A stretch of DNA of 64,000 bases from NCBI GenBank assembly GCA_963720785.1, contig CAVRGQ010000003.1, forward strand, positions 188,905 to 252,904. The letters run 5' to 3'. The notes under the pieces are model-generated. The model did not search any database. It was not told the DNA's origin and saw only the letters and a program-made list of their open reading frames with translations. Source of the DNA: an uncultured Actinomycetes bacterium. GTDB taxonomy: Bacteria > Actinomycetota > Acidimicrobiia > IMCC26256 > DASPTH01. Made by a program: the position numbers and the translations under genes. Shown in pieces: positions 48,558 to 57,317 of the stretch (position 1 is the stretch's first letter; every line of letters begins with the position of its first letter).

Positions 48558-49712
48558 ATGCTGCGGAACACCTTCTCCCGTCGACTCGTGCTCGTCTCGG
48601 TGGCGCTCGTCGCTCTTTTCGCGTTCAGCCTTCCTGCGGGGGCCGCGTCGGGCAACAGCGCCGACACCAAGCTCGACCAGGCGCTTGCTGCGTTCGTCGC
48701 CCGGTCCGACGGTCCGCCCGGGATCGCGGTCGTCGTCCAGCGCGGCGCCAATCCCGTGCTCCACGAGGCGGGCACCGCGGTCGTCGGCCAGGACCAGCCG
48801 ATCACCCTGGACGACCACACCCGGGTCGCGTCGGTGGCCAAGGCCTACAGCGGCGCCACCTCGCTCGCCGAGGTCAGCGCGGGCAAGCTCGCGCTCGACA
48901 GCACCGTCGGCTCCACCCTCACCGGCATGCCGGCGGCCTGGGCCGACATCACCCTCACACAACTGCTGCAGCACACGAGTGGCCTGGCCGACTTCTCGAA
49001 CTCCAAGGAGTTCGGCGCCGCGCTCACCGCGAGCCTGCTCGTCCCGCCGCCGCCGGAGCAGCTCGTGTCCTACGTGTTCGCCGACCCGCTGCTCTTCACG
49101 CCCGGTTCGAAGTACCACTACTCGAACACGGAGAACATCCTCGTGGGTCTGATGGTGCAGGCGGCCACCGGTCAGTCCTACGAGAGCGAGCTCGCGGCGA
49201 AGGTTGCCGCGCCGCTCGGGCTCACCCAGACGAGCCTCCCGAGCGACAGCTTCATGGTCGACCCGTACGTCCACGGCTACGACATCGAGAACCCGAAGCA
49301 GCCGGAGAACGTGAGCGAGCTGTTCGCCGCCGGCTGGACGTGGGCCTCCGGTGGCGTCGTCGCCACGCCGGCCGAGGCGAACGCGTTCGTGCGCGGGTAC
49401 GTGGGCGGGGAGCTCTTCGACGCAGCCACGCGCAAGGCGCAGCTCACCTTCCGCTCCGGCAGCTCGGAACCCCCGGGTCCCGGCACCAACGCCGCGGGCC
49501 TCGCCGTGTTCCGCTACCAGACGAGGTGCGGCACGTTCTACGGCCACACCGGCAATACGCCCGGCTACACGCAGTTCGTCGCCTCGTCGAAGGACGGCAC
49601 CCGTTCGGCGGCCGTCTCGGTGAACGCGCAGATCACGCCCACCGTGAACAAGAAGGCCTTCCCTGCGTTGCGGGCGATCTTCGAACTCGCAGTCTGCGCG
49701 GCGGCTGCCTGA
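48558..49712 (+). CDS. secreted serine hydrolase (beta-lactamase/DD-peptidase family)
   Basis: Signal peptide (..LVALFAFSLPAGAASG), S-x-x-K (SVAK) and YSN motifs. Confidence 0.85.
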   Translation: MLRNTFSRRLVLVSVALVALFAFSLPAGAASGNSADTKLDQALAAFVARSDGPPGIAVVVQRGANPVLHEAGTAVVGQDQPITLDDHTRVASVAKAYSGATSLAEVSAGKLALDSTVGSTLTGMPAAWADITLTQLLQHTSGLADFSNSKEFGAALTASLLVPPPPEQLVSYVFADPLLFTPGSKYHYSNTENILVGLMVQAATGQSYESELAAKVAAPLGLTQTSLPSDSFMVDPYVHGYDIENPKQPENVSELFAAGWTWASGGVVATPAEANAFVRGYVGGELFDAATRKAQLTFRSGSSEPPGPGTNAAGLAVFRYQTRCGTFYGHTGNTPGYTQFVASSKDGTRSAAVSVNAQITPTVNKKAFPALRAIFELAVCAAAA

Positions 49713-49758
49713 GGCGGTTACGCTCCCGCGGCACTGCCAGTCGAGTCCAGGGGGGACG

Positions 49759-50679
49759 ATGACCGAGTACCCGCGTGAAGAGGTCGAGGCGGCGTTCGCC
49801 GAGTACGTGCGCCGTGGCGTCGGTGAGGAGGACTGGCCGGCCTGGGCCGCCATGTTCACCGAGGATGCCCGGTACGAGGAGCACGTCATGGGCATCTTCG
49901 AGGGGCGCGCCGCGATCGAGAACTGGATCGTCCCGACGATCCGCGAGTACCCGGCGATGACGCTGTGGATCGAGTGGTCGGTGATCGACGGCAACCGCGT
50001 CGGCTTCTACATCTGGAACAACCTGCCGGATCCGACAGGCACCGGCAAGCGCTACGGATTCCCGAACACCACGTTCCTGGAGTACGCGGGCGACGGCAAG
50101 TTCTCGTTCGAGGGCGACTACTACAACCCCGACGACGCCGGTCGGGTCTTCAAGGAGTGGATCACCGACGGCGGGCGTCGCGACACCCCGCAGGACCACT
50201 CGCTGCGTGGCATCGACGGCTGGAACCCCGCGCCGCCTGCGCCGGCGTTCCCGCGCGACGAGGTGGAGGCCGAGTTCGAGGCGTACCGCCTGCGTGCCGC
50301 GAAGGCGGTCGAGACCGGCGACTGGGACCAGTGGGCCGACCAGTTCACCGACGACGCCCACTACCGAGAGCACCACTACGGCTACTTCTCGTCGGGCGCG
50401 GAGATCCGGAAGTGGATCAAGGACGTGATGGGGCCGTTCCCCACGATGGAGTTCCCGATCAAGTGGCGCCTCATCGACGGCAACCGGGTCAGCGCCCTGA
50501 TCCCGAACATCCTGCCTGCACCCGCGGGTGACGACGGCTACTACGGCTTCGACGTCAACACGATCCTCCACTACGCCGGCAACGGGAAGTGGAGCTTCGA
50601 GGAGGACGTCTACTCCCCGGCCGAGGCGCAGGACGTCATCAACCGATGGATCGCCGCCGGCGGGGTGCTTCCCTCCTGA
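49759..50679 (+). CDS. tandem NTF2/SnoaL-like domain protein
   Basis: 306-aa ORF made of two homologous halves (PREEVEAAFAEYVRRG.. and PRDEVEAEFEAYRLRA..). Confidence 0.75.
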   Translation: MTEYPREEVEAAFAEYVRRGVGEEDWPAWAAMFTEDARYEEHVMGIFEGRAAIENWIVPTIREYPAMTLWIEWSVIDGNRVGFYIWNNLPDPTGTGKRYGFPNTTFLEYAGDGKFSFEGDYYNPDDAGRVFKEWITDGGRRDTPQDHSLRGIDGWNPAPPAPAFPRDEVEAEFEAYRLRAAKAVETGDWDQWADQFTDDAHYREHHYGYFSSGAEIRKWIKDVMGPFPTMEFPIKWRLIDGNRVSALIPNILPAPAGDDGYYGFDVNTILHYAGNGKWSFEEDVYSPAEAQDVINRWIAAGGVLPS

Positions 50680-51374
50680 GCCGCACGACCGGACTCCTCG
50701 TCCTCTCGGAGAAGTGCCTCCGCGCGGCCGACGAGCACGAGTGGGACGAGTGGCAGCACACCATCCGCCTCCCGTGGCTCGGCGACGTTCCGGGCGCCGG
50801 GGTTGCGACGCGATTCGAGCTGACGACCCGTCCGCAGCCGGGGATGCCCGGCGTCGGGTTCACTCACGTGACGATCGTGGAGCTCGAGGACGCCGGCGTC
50901 GACGCCGCGGCGTCGCGGGTGCTCGACGCCGAGGAGCGACTGCTCGGCGCAGATCGGGGATCGGTCGGGCCTGCGGCCCACGTCGTCATCGACGCTTCGG
51001 TGTTCACGGCCCACGGCCCGCACTCGGTCAAGCCCGAGCCGTCCGCCGCGTTGCGCGGACACATCCTGGCCCACGTGATGTGCAGCGACCCCGCCCGCGA
51101 GATGGAGTGGGACACCTGGTACGACGAACACCACGTGCCCGACATGCTGGCGTGCGGCGCGTTCGGCGCGATGACCCGGTGGGAACGGACCCCTCGTCGT
51201 CGGTCGGGGACGAACCACCTCACGCTCTACGACGTCGCGTGCCCGACGGTGGAGGAGGCGGTCGAACGTTCGGCCGCGGTGATGCCCGGGATCGTCGCGC
51301 GGGGGCGCAAGCACCCGTGTCACACGGGCGGTCTCACCCTCACGTTGCGCCCGGTGGGGTCTCCCTTCGCCTGA
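50646..51374 (+). CDS. hypothetical protein with two EthD/DUF4286-like ferredoxin-fold repeats
   Basis: ORF 50589..51374. Repeats ..LLVLSEKCLRAADEHEWDEWQH.. and ..ILAHVMCSDPAREMEWDTWYDEHHVPD.. Start uncertain; ATG 50646 overlaps the upstream gene by 34 nt. Confidence 0.55.
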   Translation: MDRRRRGASLLSRTTGLLVLSEKCLRAADEHEWDEWQHTIRLPWLGDVPGAGVATRFELTTRPQPGMPGVGFTHVTIVELEDAGVDAAASRVLDAEERLLGADRGSVGPAAHVVIDASVFTAHGPHSVKPEPSAALRGHILAHVMCSDPAREMEWDTWYDEHHVPDMLACGAFGAMTRWERTPRRRSGTNHLTLYDVACPTVEEAVERSAAVMPGIVARGRKHPCHTGGLTLTLRPVGSPFA

Positions 51375-51377
51375 CCC

Positions 51378-51436
51378 GCACGTTCTGGCGCTCTTCCGCG
51401 CCGCCAGAGGGGCCTCGAAGAGCGCCGAAACGAATC
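51378..51436. repeat. ~60-nt palindromic intergenic element, copy 1
   Basis: Stem ggcgctcttc (51387-96) / gaagagcgcc (51417-26) with a 20-nt loop. Fills the gap between convergent stops (51374 and 51435). Inverted copy at 60809-60868. Confidence 0.8.
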
Positions 51437-52454
51437 AGTCGGTCTTCTTGGCGCGGCTGGGGGCGACGCGGGGCGGCTCCCCCGGCATCTTCGGGTAGAC
51501 GGGCGGCCACGGCGCGTCGGTGAGGCCGCGCTCCCCCAGGTCGCGTGCTGACATTTCGAGCAATGGCACGAGCGATTGCGGCTCGGTGTCGATGCCAGCC
51601 CACGGATCGCCTTGCGCTGCGTAGCGCGCAGGCACGGTGAGCGCGGTGCACGCCTCGGGGTCGATGGTGTCGAGCTCGTCCCACGTGAACGGGGTCGACA
51701 CCTGCGCCCCGGTGCGGGCCCGGATCGACCACGCCCCGAACACCGTCTTGTGGGGCGCGTTCTGGTTGAAGTCCACGAAGATGCGCTCGCCGCGCTCTTC
51801 CTTCCACCACGCGTCGGTGAGGAGGTCGGGCCGCCGACGGGCGAGCTCACGCGCGACCGCCACTGCGCCGGCGCGTACCTCGATCGGTGTCCACTCGGGT
51901 GCGAGGCGCACGTATACGTGAATGCCCCGGTTGCCGGTCGTCTTGGGGTGGCCGACGATGTCGACTTCGTGGAGGAGTTCGCGCACCACGTGCGCGGCCT
52001 CACGCGCCTGTTCGAAGTTGGTGCCGGGCTGTGGATCGAGGTCGATGCGCAGCTCGTCGGCGTGCGCGCCGTCGCTGGCGAGGTTGGGCCACACATGGAA
52101 GCCGAGGCACCCGAGGTTCACCGCCCACACGACGTGCGCGAGGTCGGCGATCACCAGCGCGTCGGAGGTGGTGCCGTTCGGTGTGCTCACCACCGCGGTC
52201 TCGAGCCAGCCGGGCGCGTTGTCGGGCACCCGCTTCTGGAAGAACGACGACTTGCCCACGCCGTTGGGGTACCGCTCCATGAGCACCGGCCGCCCCCGCA
52301 TCGCCGCGAGCGCGGCCGGAGCCACGGACTGGTAGTACTCGACCACGCCGAGCTTGGTCACGCCCGCACGCGGGAACATCACCTTGTCGGGGGACGACAG
52401 GCGCACGACGCGACCGTCGATCTCCAACTCCAGGGCGGGGGTCTTCGAGGGCAC
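51435..52454 (-). CDS. stand-alone LigD-type NHEJ polymerase/primase domain protein
   Basis: 339-aa intact ORF. ..LMERYPNGVGKSSFFQKR.., ..ELRIDLDP.., ..TTGNRGIHVYVRL.. are typical of the LigD Pol domain. Confidence 0.85.
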   Translation of the reverse strand: MPSKTPALELEIDGRVVRLSSPDKVMFPRAGVTKLGVVEYYQSVAPAALAAMRGRPVLMERYPNGVGKSSFFQKRVPDNAPGWLETAVVSTPNGTTSDALVIADLAHVVWAVNLGCLGFHVWPNLASDGAHADELRIDLDPQPGTNFEQAREAAHVVRELLHEVDIVGHPKTTGNRGIHVYVRLAPEWTPIEVRAGAVAVARELARRRPDLLTDAWWKEERGERIFVDFNQNAPHKTVFGAWSIRARTGAQVSTPFTWDELDTIDPEACTALTVPARYAAQGDPWAGIDTEPQSLVPLLEMSARDLGERGLTDAPWPPVYPKMPGEPPRVAPSRAKKTD

Positions 52455-52476
52455 CGGGTGACGGTACCCCGATTTC

Positions 52477-53715
52477 TCAGTTCTTCAGCGTGAGGTCGTC
52501 GTTGAGCGACAGCATGTTGAGGGCGTTGCCGCGGCAGATCTTGTACACGATCTCGTCGGGAAGGCCGGCGAGGATCTTCTCGACGTACTCCGCCGTGTGG
52601 GGCCACGTGGTGTCGGTGTGCGGGTAGTCGGTCTCGTAGGTGACGTTGTTGATGCCCACCTCGTGGATCGACTTCACACCGTGGTTGTCTCGGAAGAAGC
52701 AGCCGAAGACGTGGTCCTCGTAGTAGGTGGACGGCGGCTCGGGGATGAGCTTGCGGGTGTGCATCCAGCCGTCGTGGGTGGCCCACACGTCGTCGGCGCG
52801 CTCGAGCACGTAGGGCAGCCAGCCGATCTGGCCCTCCGAGTACGCGACGCGCAGGTTCGGGAAGCGCGGGAACAGCCCCGAGAACAGGTAGTCGGACAGC
52901 GACGCCATCGCCATGTTGAACGTGAGCGTGGCTTGCACCGCGATCGGCGCGTCGGCCGAGGTGGCGAGCATCGACGACGACGAGCCGATGTGCATGCACA
53001 CCGTGGTCATCGTCTCGTTGCACGCCTCGAAGAACGGGTCCCAGTGCCCGCTGTGGATGCTGGGCAGGCCGAGGTGGATCGGGAGCTCGCTGAACGCGAC
53101 CGCACGCACCCCGCGGGCGGCGTTGCGGCGGATCTCGGCGGCGGCGAGCTGCGGGTCCCAGAGCGGGACGATGCACAGCGGGATGTTGCGCCCGCCCACG
53201 TCGGCGCACCAGTCCTCGACCATCCAGTCGTTGTAGGCCTGCACGCCGAGGAGAGCGACGTCCTTGTCCTCGGCCTCGAGGAACACCTGGCCGCAGAAGC
53301 GCACCGCGGTCGGGAAACCGAGCGACGCCTCGACCCCGGCAGCCTCGAGGTCCCTGATGCGGGCGTGCTTGTCGGTGCAGCCGATCCACATGTCGTCGTA
53401 GGTGATGCACTCGAGATCCATCAACGACTTGTCGAACTTCCAGATGTCGCCGCCGGGCACCGCCCAGTTCGGGATCGCCACGTGCGACTTGTGCACGTAG
53501 ATCGTCTTGTCGTCGTAGACCCAGCAGTCGGCGGGACGGCCCGAGGGGTCCTCGTCGAGCTGGTACGTGCCGGCGCCGACCATCTTGGCGCCGCGGATGT
53601 TGCGGCGTTCCACCCGCGGGGCCTGGTCGAGGTACTTCGCCGGGAACCGCGACGTGAACATGTCGGCGGGTTCGATGATGTGGTCGTCGACCGAGACGAT
53701 CATGGGCATCGACAT
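52477..53715 (-). CDS. amidohydrolase family protein (amidohydrolase_2)
   Basis: 412-aa intact ORF. MSMPMIVSVDDHIIEP.. (metal-binding D-H), ..YETDYPHTDTTWP.. Confidence 0.85.
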   Translation of the reverse strand: MSMPMIVSVDDHIIEPADMFTSRFPAKYLDQAPRVERRNIRGAKMVGAGTYQLDEDPSGRPADCWVYDDKTIYVHKSHVAIPNWAVPGGDIWKFDKSLMDLECITYDDMWIGCTDKHARIRDLEAAGVEASLGFPTAVRFCGQVFLEAEDKDVALLGVQAYNDWMVEDWCADVGGRNIPLCIVPLWDPQLAAAEIRRNAARGVRAVAFSELPIHLGLPSIHSGHWDPFFEACNETMTTVCMHIGSSSSMLATSADAPIAVQATLTFNMAMASLSDYLFSGLFPRFPNLRVAYSEGQIGWLPYVLERADDVWATHDGWMHTRKLIPEPPSTYYEDHVFGCFFRDNHGVKSIHEVGINNVTYETDYPHTDTTWPHTAEYVEKILAGLPDEIVYKICRGNALNMLSLNDDLTLKN

Positions 53716-53816
53716 GGGCGTGGCTCCTCCTGAGTCGAGCTGCGTCGCCCGCTTCCGGACGTTCCTGCGTGTCTACCGGAACCCGGGAACCCGCATCAGG
53801 GCCGATGGTCCCATTA

Positions 53817-53833
53817 TCTGACGACCCGTCAGA
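53817..53833. promoter_or_regulatory. perfect 7-3-7 palindrome in a 223-bp divergent intergenic region
   Basis: tctgacg-acc-cgtcaga, between amidohydrolase (start 53715, minus) and SDR (start 53939, plus). Confidence 0.4.
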
Positions 53834-53938
53834 ATCCTGCGCACAGGGCCACGCGTGGTCACGTGCACCTGGGCCGCTCACCGGCACACGAGAGCCTCGC
53901 AATCGCCCTGAAGCCGCAAACGGTGCCGCGTTAGTTTC

Positions 53939-54688
53939 GTGGACGTGATGGAACTGGCAGGAACGCGCGTGATGGTCACCGGTGCGACGAGCGGCCTGGG
54001 TGCTGCGATGGCCGCGGCCCTGCGGGGGGCCGGCGCGCGCGTTGTCGTTACCAGCCGCCGGCTGGTCCGGGCGCAGGCCGCCGCGCAGGTGCTCGGGCCC
54101 GACGCCGTGGGCGTGGCACTTGACGTCCGTGACGAGGCGTCGGTCAGCGCCGCGGTCGGTGAGGTCTGGGATCGGCTCGGCGGCCTCGATGTGCTCGTCA
54201 ACAACGCCGGGATCGGGATGCGCACGGTCAACCCGCACTTTTTCACCGTCGCGCAAGCGTTCTGGGAGGTCACCGCGGAGGGTTTCCGCGATGTGATCGA
54301 CACGAAGGTCACCGGCGCGTTCCTTGTGGCCAAGGCGGTGGCGCCGCGGATGGTGGCCGCCGGCTCCGGACGGATCGTCAACATCTCGATGAGCGAGCAG
54401 ACCATGACGCGACGGGGCTTCGTCCCCTACGGCCCGGCTGGGGCGGCCGTCGAAGCGCTGTCCCGAGTGATGGCTGCCGATCTGGTGGACACGCCAGTAA
54501 CCGTCAACGTGCTCCTGCCGGGCGGCGCCACCGCGACCGGCATGGTTCCCGAGGACACGCCCCAAGAGGTCCGCGATCGTCTGCTCGATCCCGCAGTCAT
54601 GGGCCCGCCGATCATCTGGTTGGCCTCGGCGCGCGCCGCCGGTGTGCACGACCAGCGGATCGTGGCCACCGAGTTCGCCGAGCACTGA
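53939..54688 (+). CDS. SDR family oxidoreductase
   Basis: 249-aa ORF. VMVTGATSGLGAA, NNAG. GTG 53939 or ATG 53948. Confidence 0.82.
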   Translation: MDVMELAGTRVMVTGATSGLGAAMAAALRGAGARVVVTSRRLVRAQAAAQVLGPDAVGVALDVRDEASVSAAVGEVWDRLGGLDVLVNNAGIGMRTVNPHFFTVAQAFWEVTAEGFRDVIDTKVTGAFLVAKAVAPRMVAAGSGRIVNISMSEQTMTRRGFVPYGPAGAAVEALSRVMAADLVDTPVTVNVLLPGGATATGMVPEDTPQEVRDRLLDPAVMGPPIIWLASARAAGVHDQRIVATEFAEH

Positions 54689-54858
54689 GCCACCCCTCGG
54701 ACCACCCGGCCGCGGAGCCGTTCGATGACACGAGGACGTACACGCAACGAACTTGCGGGTCCGGGGCGACGCCGCTGGGACACCCCAGCGTGCAGCCTCA
54801 CAGTCACCTGAGCCGACCAGAGCGGCAGATGTGCGGTGTCGCGGCTCGGTGGGCGTGG

Positions 54859-55674
54859 CTAGGCGCGTCCGTTGCGCGAGCGTATGGCTGCCGCGTGACG
54901 GGCGGCGAGTTCGTAGACCCCGAGGTCTCGCAGGCGCGCCGTCCACGGGCGATCGAGTGTCTGCCAGTACGACCCGTAGCTCGGATACCGATCCACGTCG
55001 TCACCGCCATCCCAGTCCGGGTCGAACAGCCGCGCAAAGCTCGCCCGTACAAGCGCTTCTTCTGCGCCGTCGACGGGATCTGCGACGAAATCGACGCGCC
55101 ATTGTCGGCGCACGGTTCCACCGACGCTGCCATGTGTGAGGTGCTCGTCGAAGGCGATGAGATCGCCTGGCATCGTTGCCAGCGCCAAGGCGTCGATCGA
55201 GCGCGCCGCCCCCTCATCCCGGTGCGAGCGAGGAACAACACGTAACGCTCCCGAAGTAGCGTCGACGGGTTCGAGGTATGCGACGAAGCCCAAGCTCGGG
55301 ATTGCCACGTCGCTGTCGGCGTGTAGCCCGCTCGATCCGAAATACCGGGTGCCCTTGGCCCGCCCAGGCAGCACTCGGCGCCCAAGAAGCTCCGCCGCCA
55401 GCACCGAGAGTGCATCGAGGAGAGCGACACTCACCGGGGTCAGTTCACACATCATCACGACGCTGCGGAACTCGACGCCACCGGCTCCGGACTTCATGTC
55501 GCCGTCGGCTCGAAGACCGCTCTTCAACGCGTCGTCGACCTCTGCCGAGAGTTCCGACGGGTCGAAAGCCCTTCGCAGCACTGCGTAGCCGTCGTCGTGA
55601 AACCGCGCAATGGTCTGATCACTGTCCGAGCGGTCGGCGATGCCATTCCACGTCACGGGCTGATCATCGCCCAA
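54859..55674 (-). CDS. phytanoyl-CoA dioxygenase (PhyH) family protein
   Basis: 271-aa intact ORF. ..GLHADSDV.. (H-x-D) and ..FDEHLTHGS.. distal His. Confidence 0.78.
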   Translation of the reverse strand: MGDDQPVTWNGIADRSDSDQTIARFHDDGYAVLRRAFDPSELSAEVDDALKSGLRADGDMKSGAGGVEFRSVVMMCELTPVSVALLDALSVLAAELLGRRVLPGRAKGTRYFGSSGLHADSDVAIPSLGFVAYLEPVDATSGALRVVPRSHRDEGAARSIDALALATMPGDLIAFDEHLTHGSVGGTVRRQWRVDFVADPVDGAEEALVRASFARLFDPDWDGGDDVDRYPSYGSYWQTLDRPWTARLRDLGVYELAARHAAAIRSRNGRA

Positions 55675-55865
55675 TCTTCAGCATGTCGCACTTGTTCGCG
55701 GACTCGGCGCTCAGGACCGCGGACCCAACAGTTCATCTTCTCACCCAACATCGTCCTCCACACCGTCTCGCGGTCGAGCACGCGTATTGCCCGTTCAGGG
55801 GCGGACTCGGAGAGACACCCCAGGGTGTCGTTACCTCGCGCTCGCTCGCGTGGTTCACTGCGCCG

Positions 55866-56372
55866 GTGCGCATCGTCGTGTTGTCCGACACCCACATACG
55901 TGACCGCGTCCTCGGCGACGACCGCGCACTCGGGTTGCCGCCGGTGGCGGTGGCCGAGATCGACCGGGCGGATCTCGTGCTGCACTGCGGCGACGTGGTC
56001 GAGCCCGAACTGTTGGAACGGCTGCGGGCGCGGAAGCCGCTGCACGCGGTGCTCGGCAACAACGACACGGCGCTCCACGGCGCGCTGCCCGGACAACTGG
56101 TGGTGGACGCCGACGGCGTGCGCATCGGGATGGTGCACGACAGCGGCCCCACGAAGGGCCGGGCCGCCCGGGTGCGCCGTTGGTTCCCCGACTGCGCCGT
56201 CGTGGTCTTCGGCCACAGCCACATGCCGGTGAACGAAGCCGGCCTCGACGGCCAGTGGCTCATGAACCCCGGCTCCCCCACCCAGCGTCGACGGTCCCCC
56301 ACGCACACCGTCGGCGTGATCGAGACGCGGAACGGCGCGTTCTGGAGCGCCGAGATCGTCGACGTCGGCTGA
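55866..56372 (+). CDS. metallophosphoesterase (YfcE/MJ0936-like)
   Basis: GTG 55866 (VRIVVLSDTHIRD..). ..HCGDV.., ..GNND.., ..VFGHSHMP.. Confidence 0.75.
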   Translation: MRIVVLSDTHIRDRVLGDDRALGLPPVAVAEIDRADLVLHCGDVVEPELLERLRARKPLHAVLGNNDTALHGALPGQLVVDADGVRIGMVHDSGPTKGRAARVRRWFPDCAVVVFGHSHMPVNEAGLDGQWLMNPGSPTQRRRSPTHTVGVIETRNGAFWSAEIVDVG

Positions 56373-56380
56373 GGAGGGGG

Positions 56381-57235
56381 TCAGGCCCCCTCGTAGTTCG
56401 GCTTCCGCTTCTCCGCGAACGCGAGTGATCCCTCGTTCACGTCGTTCGACACGAACGCGATCGACGACGACATCGCCTCGAACAGCGCCGCATCCTGGAA
56501 GCCCTTGCGCACCAGCCCGTTGATCGTGCGCTTGATCGACTGCACCGCGATCGGCCCGTTGGCCGCGATCTCGCGGGCGAGCGCGAGCGCGTGGTCGTCG
56601 AGCTCGTCGCGCGTCACCACCTCCTGCACGAGGCCGATCCGCAACGCGTGCGCGGCGTCGAAGCGACGGCCGGTGAGCGCGAGCAACTTGGTGTTGGCGG
56701 CGCCGCACTCCAACGCCATGCGCATGTCGGCGCCCGCGACCACGGGGATGCCGAGCGTGGCCTGCGGGAAGGCGAACACCGCGTCGTCGGACGCGATGCG
56801 GATGTCGCCGAGCAGCGAGACCTCGAGCCCCGCCCCGAGGCAGTAGCCCTGGATGGCGACGACCACCGGCTGCGGGAGGTCGCTCACCACCTGGTAGCGC
56901 TCGAAGCACAGGCGGGCGCGCTCGTAGGAGTTTCGCACCTGCTCGGCGGCGGAACGACCGGCGTGCCGTTCGTCGAGCGACTCCGTCTCCGGCTTCAGGT
57001 CCTCCCCGGCACAGAACGCCCGGCCCTCGCCGCGCAGCACCACCGCTCGGATGTCGGGGTCGAAGCGCAACTCCTCGGCGATCTCGACGAGGCCGTTGGT
57101 CGCGCCCCACACCCAGGCGTTGAGCTTCTCCGGCCGGTTGAGTGAGACGATCGCCACCGGGCCGTCACGGCGCAGGGTCACGAACGGCTTGCCCTGGCGA
57201 TCGACGACGGGGTCCTGGGTCGGGTCCTTCAGCAC
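56381..57235 (-). CDS. enoyl-CoA hydratase/isomerase (crotonase) family protein
   Basis: GTG 57235. ..VAIVSLNRPEKLNA..AFCAGEDL..GYCLGAGLE.. Confidence 0.85.
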   Translation of the reverse strand: MLKDPTQDPVVDRQGKPFVTLRRDGPVAIVSLNRPEKLNAWVWGATNGLVEIAEELRFDPDIRAVVLRGEGRAFCAGEDLKPETESLDERHAGRSAAEQVRNSYERARLCFERYQVVSDLPQPVVVAIQGYCLGAGLEVSLLGDIRIASDDAVFAFPQATLGIPVVAGADMRMALECGAANTKLLALTGRRFDAAHALRIGLVQEVVTRDELDDHALALAREIAANGPIAVQSIKRTINGLVRKGFQDAALFEAMSSSIAFVSNDVNEGSLAFAEKRKPNYEGA

Positions 57236-57317
57236 GGGCGGAAGGATCGCTCGCCCTGCCCACGGGCGCAAGCCGTCCAGGTAGGGTCCTGCCGTTCCCG
57301 CGCACACGGAGTGACCC

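Noticed and set aside
51340-51436. Shared peptide FGALRGP..GAEER(Q/K)N in ORFs 51340..51810 and 60055..60945, suggesting a conserved small protein
   Set aside because: The similarity comes from translating the two copies of the ~60-nt palindromic DNA element. It lies outside the supported CDSs, and the two copies are in opposite orientations.
54773-54790. Hairpin cgctggg-acac-cccagcg between the convergent SDR and PhyH genes as a terminator
   Set aside because: It has only a 7-bp stem, no U-tract on either strand, and many comparable GC-rich hairpins occur by chance in this composition.
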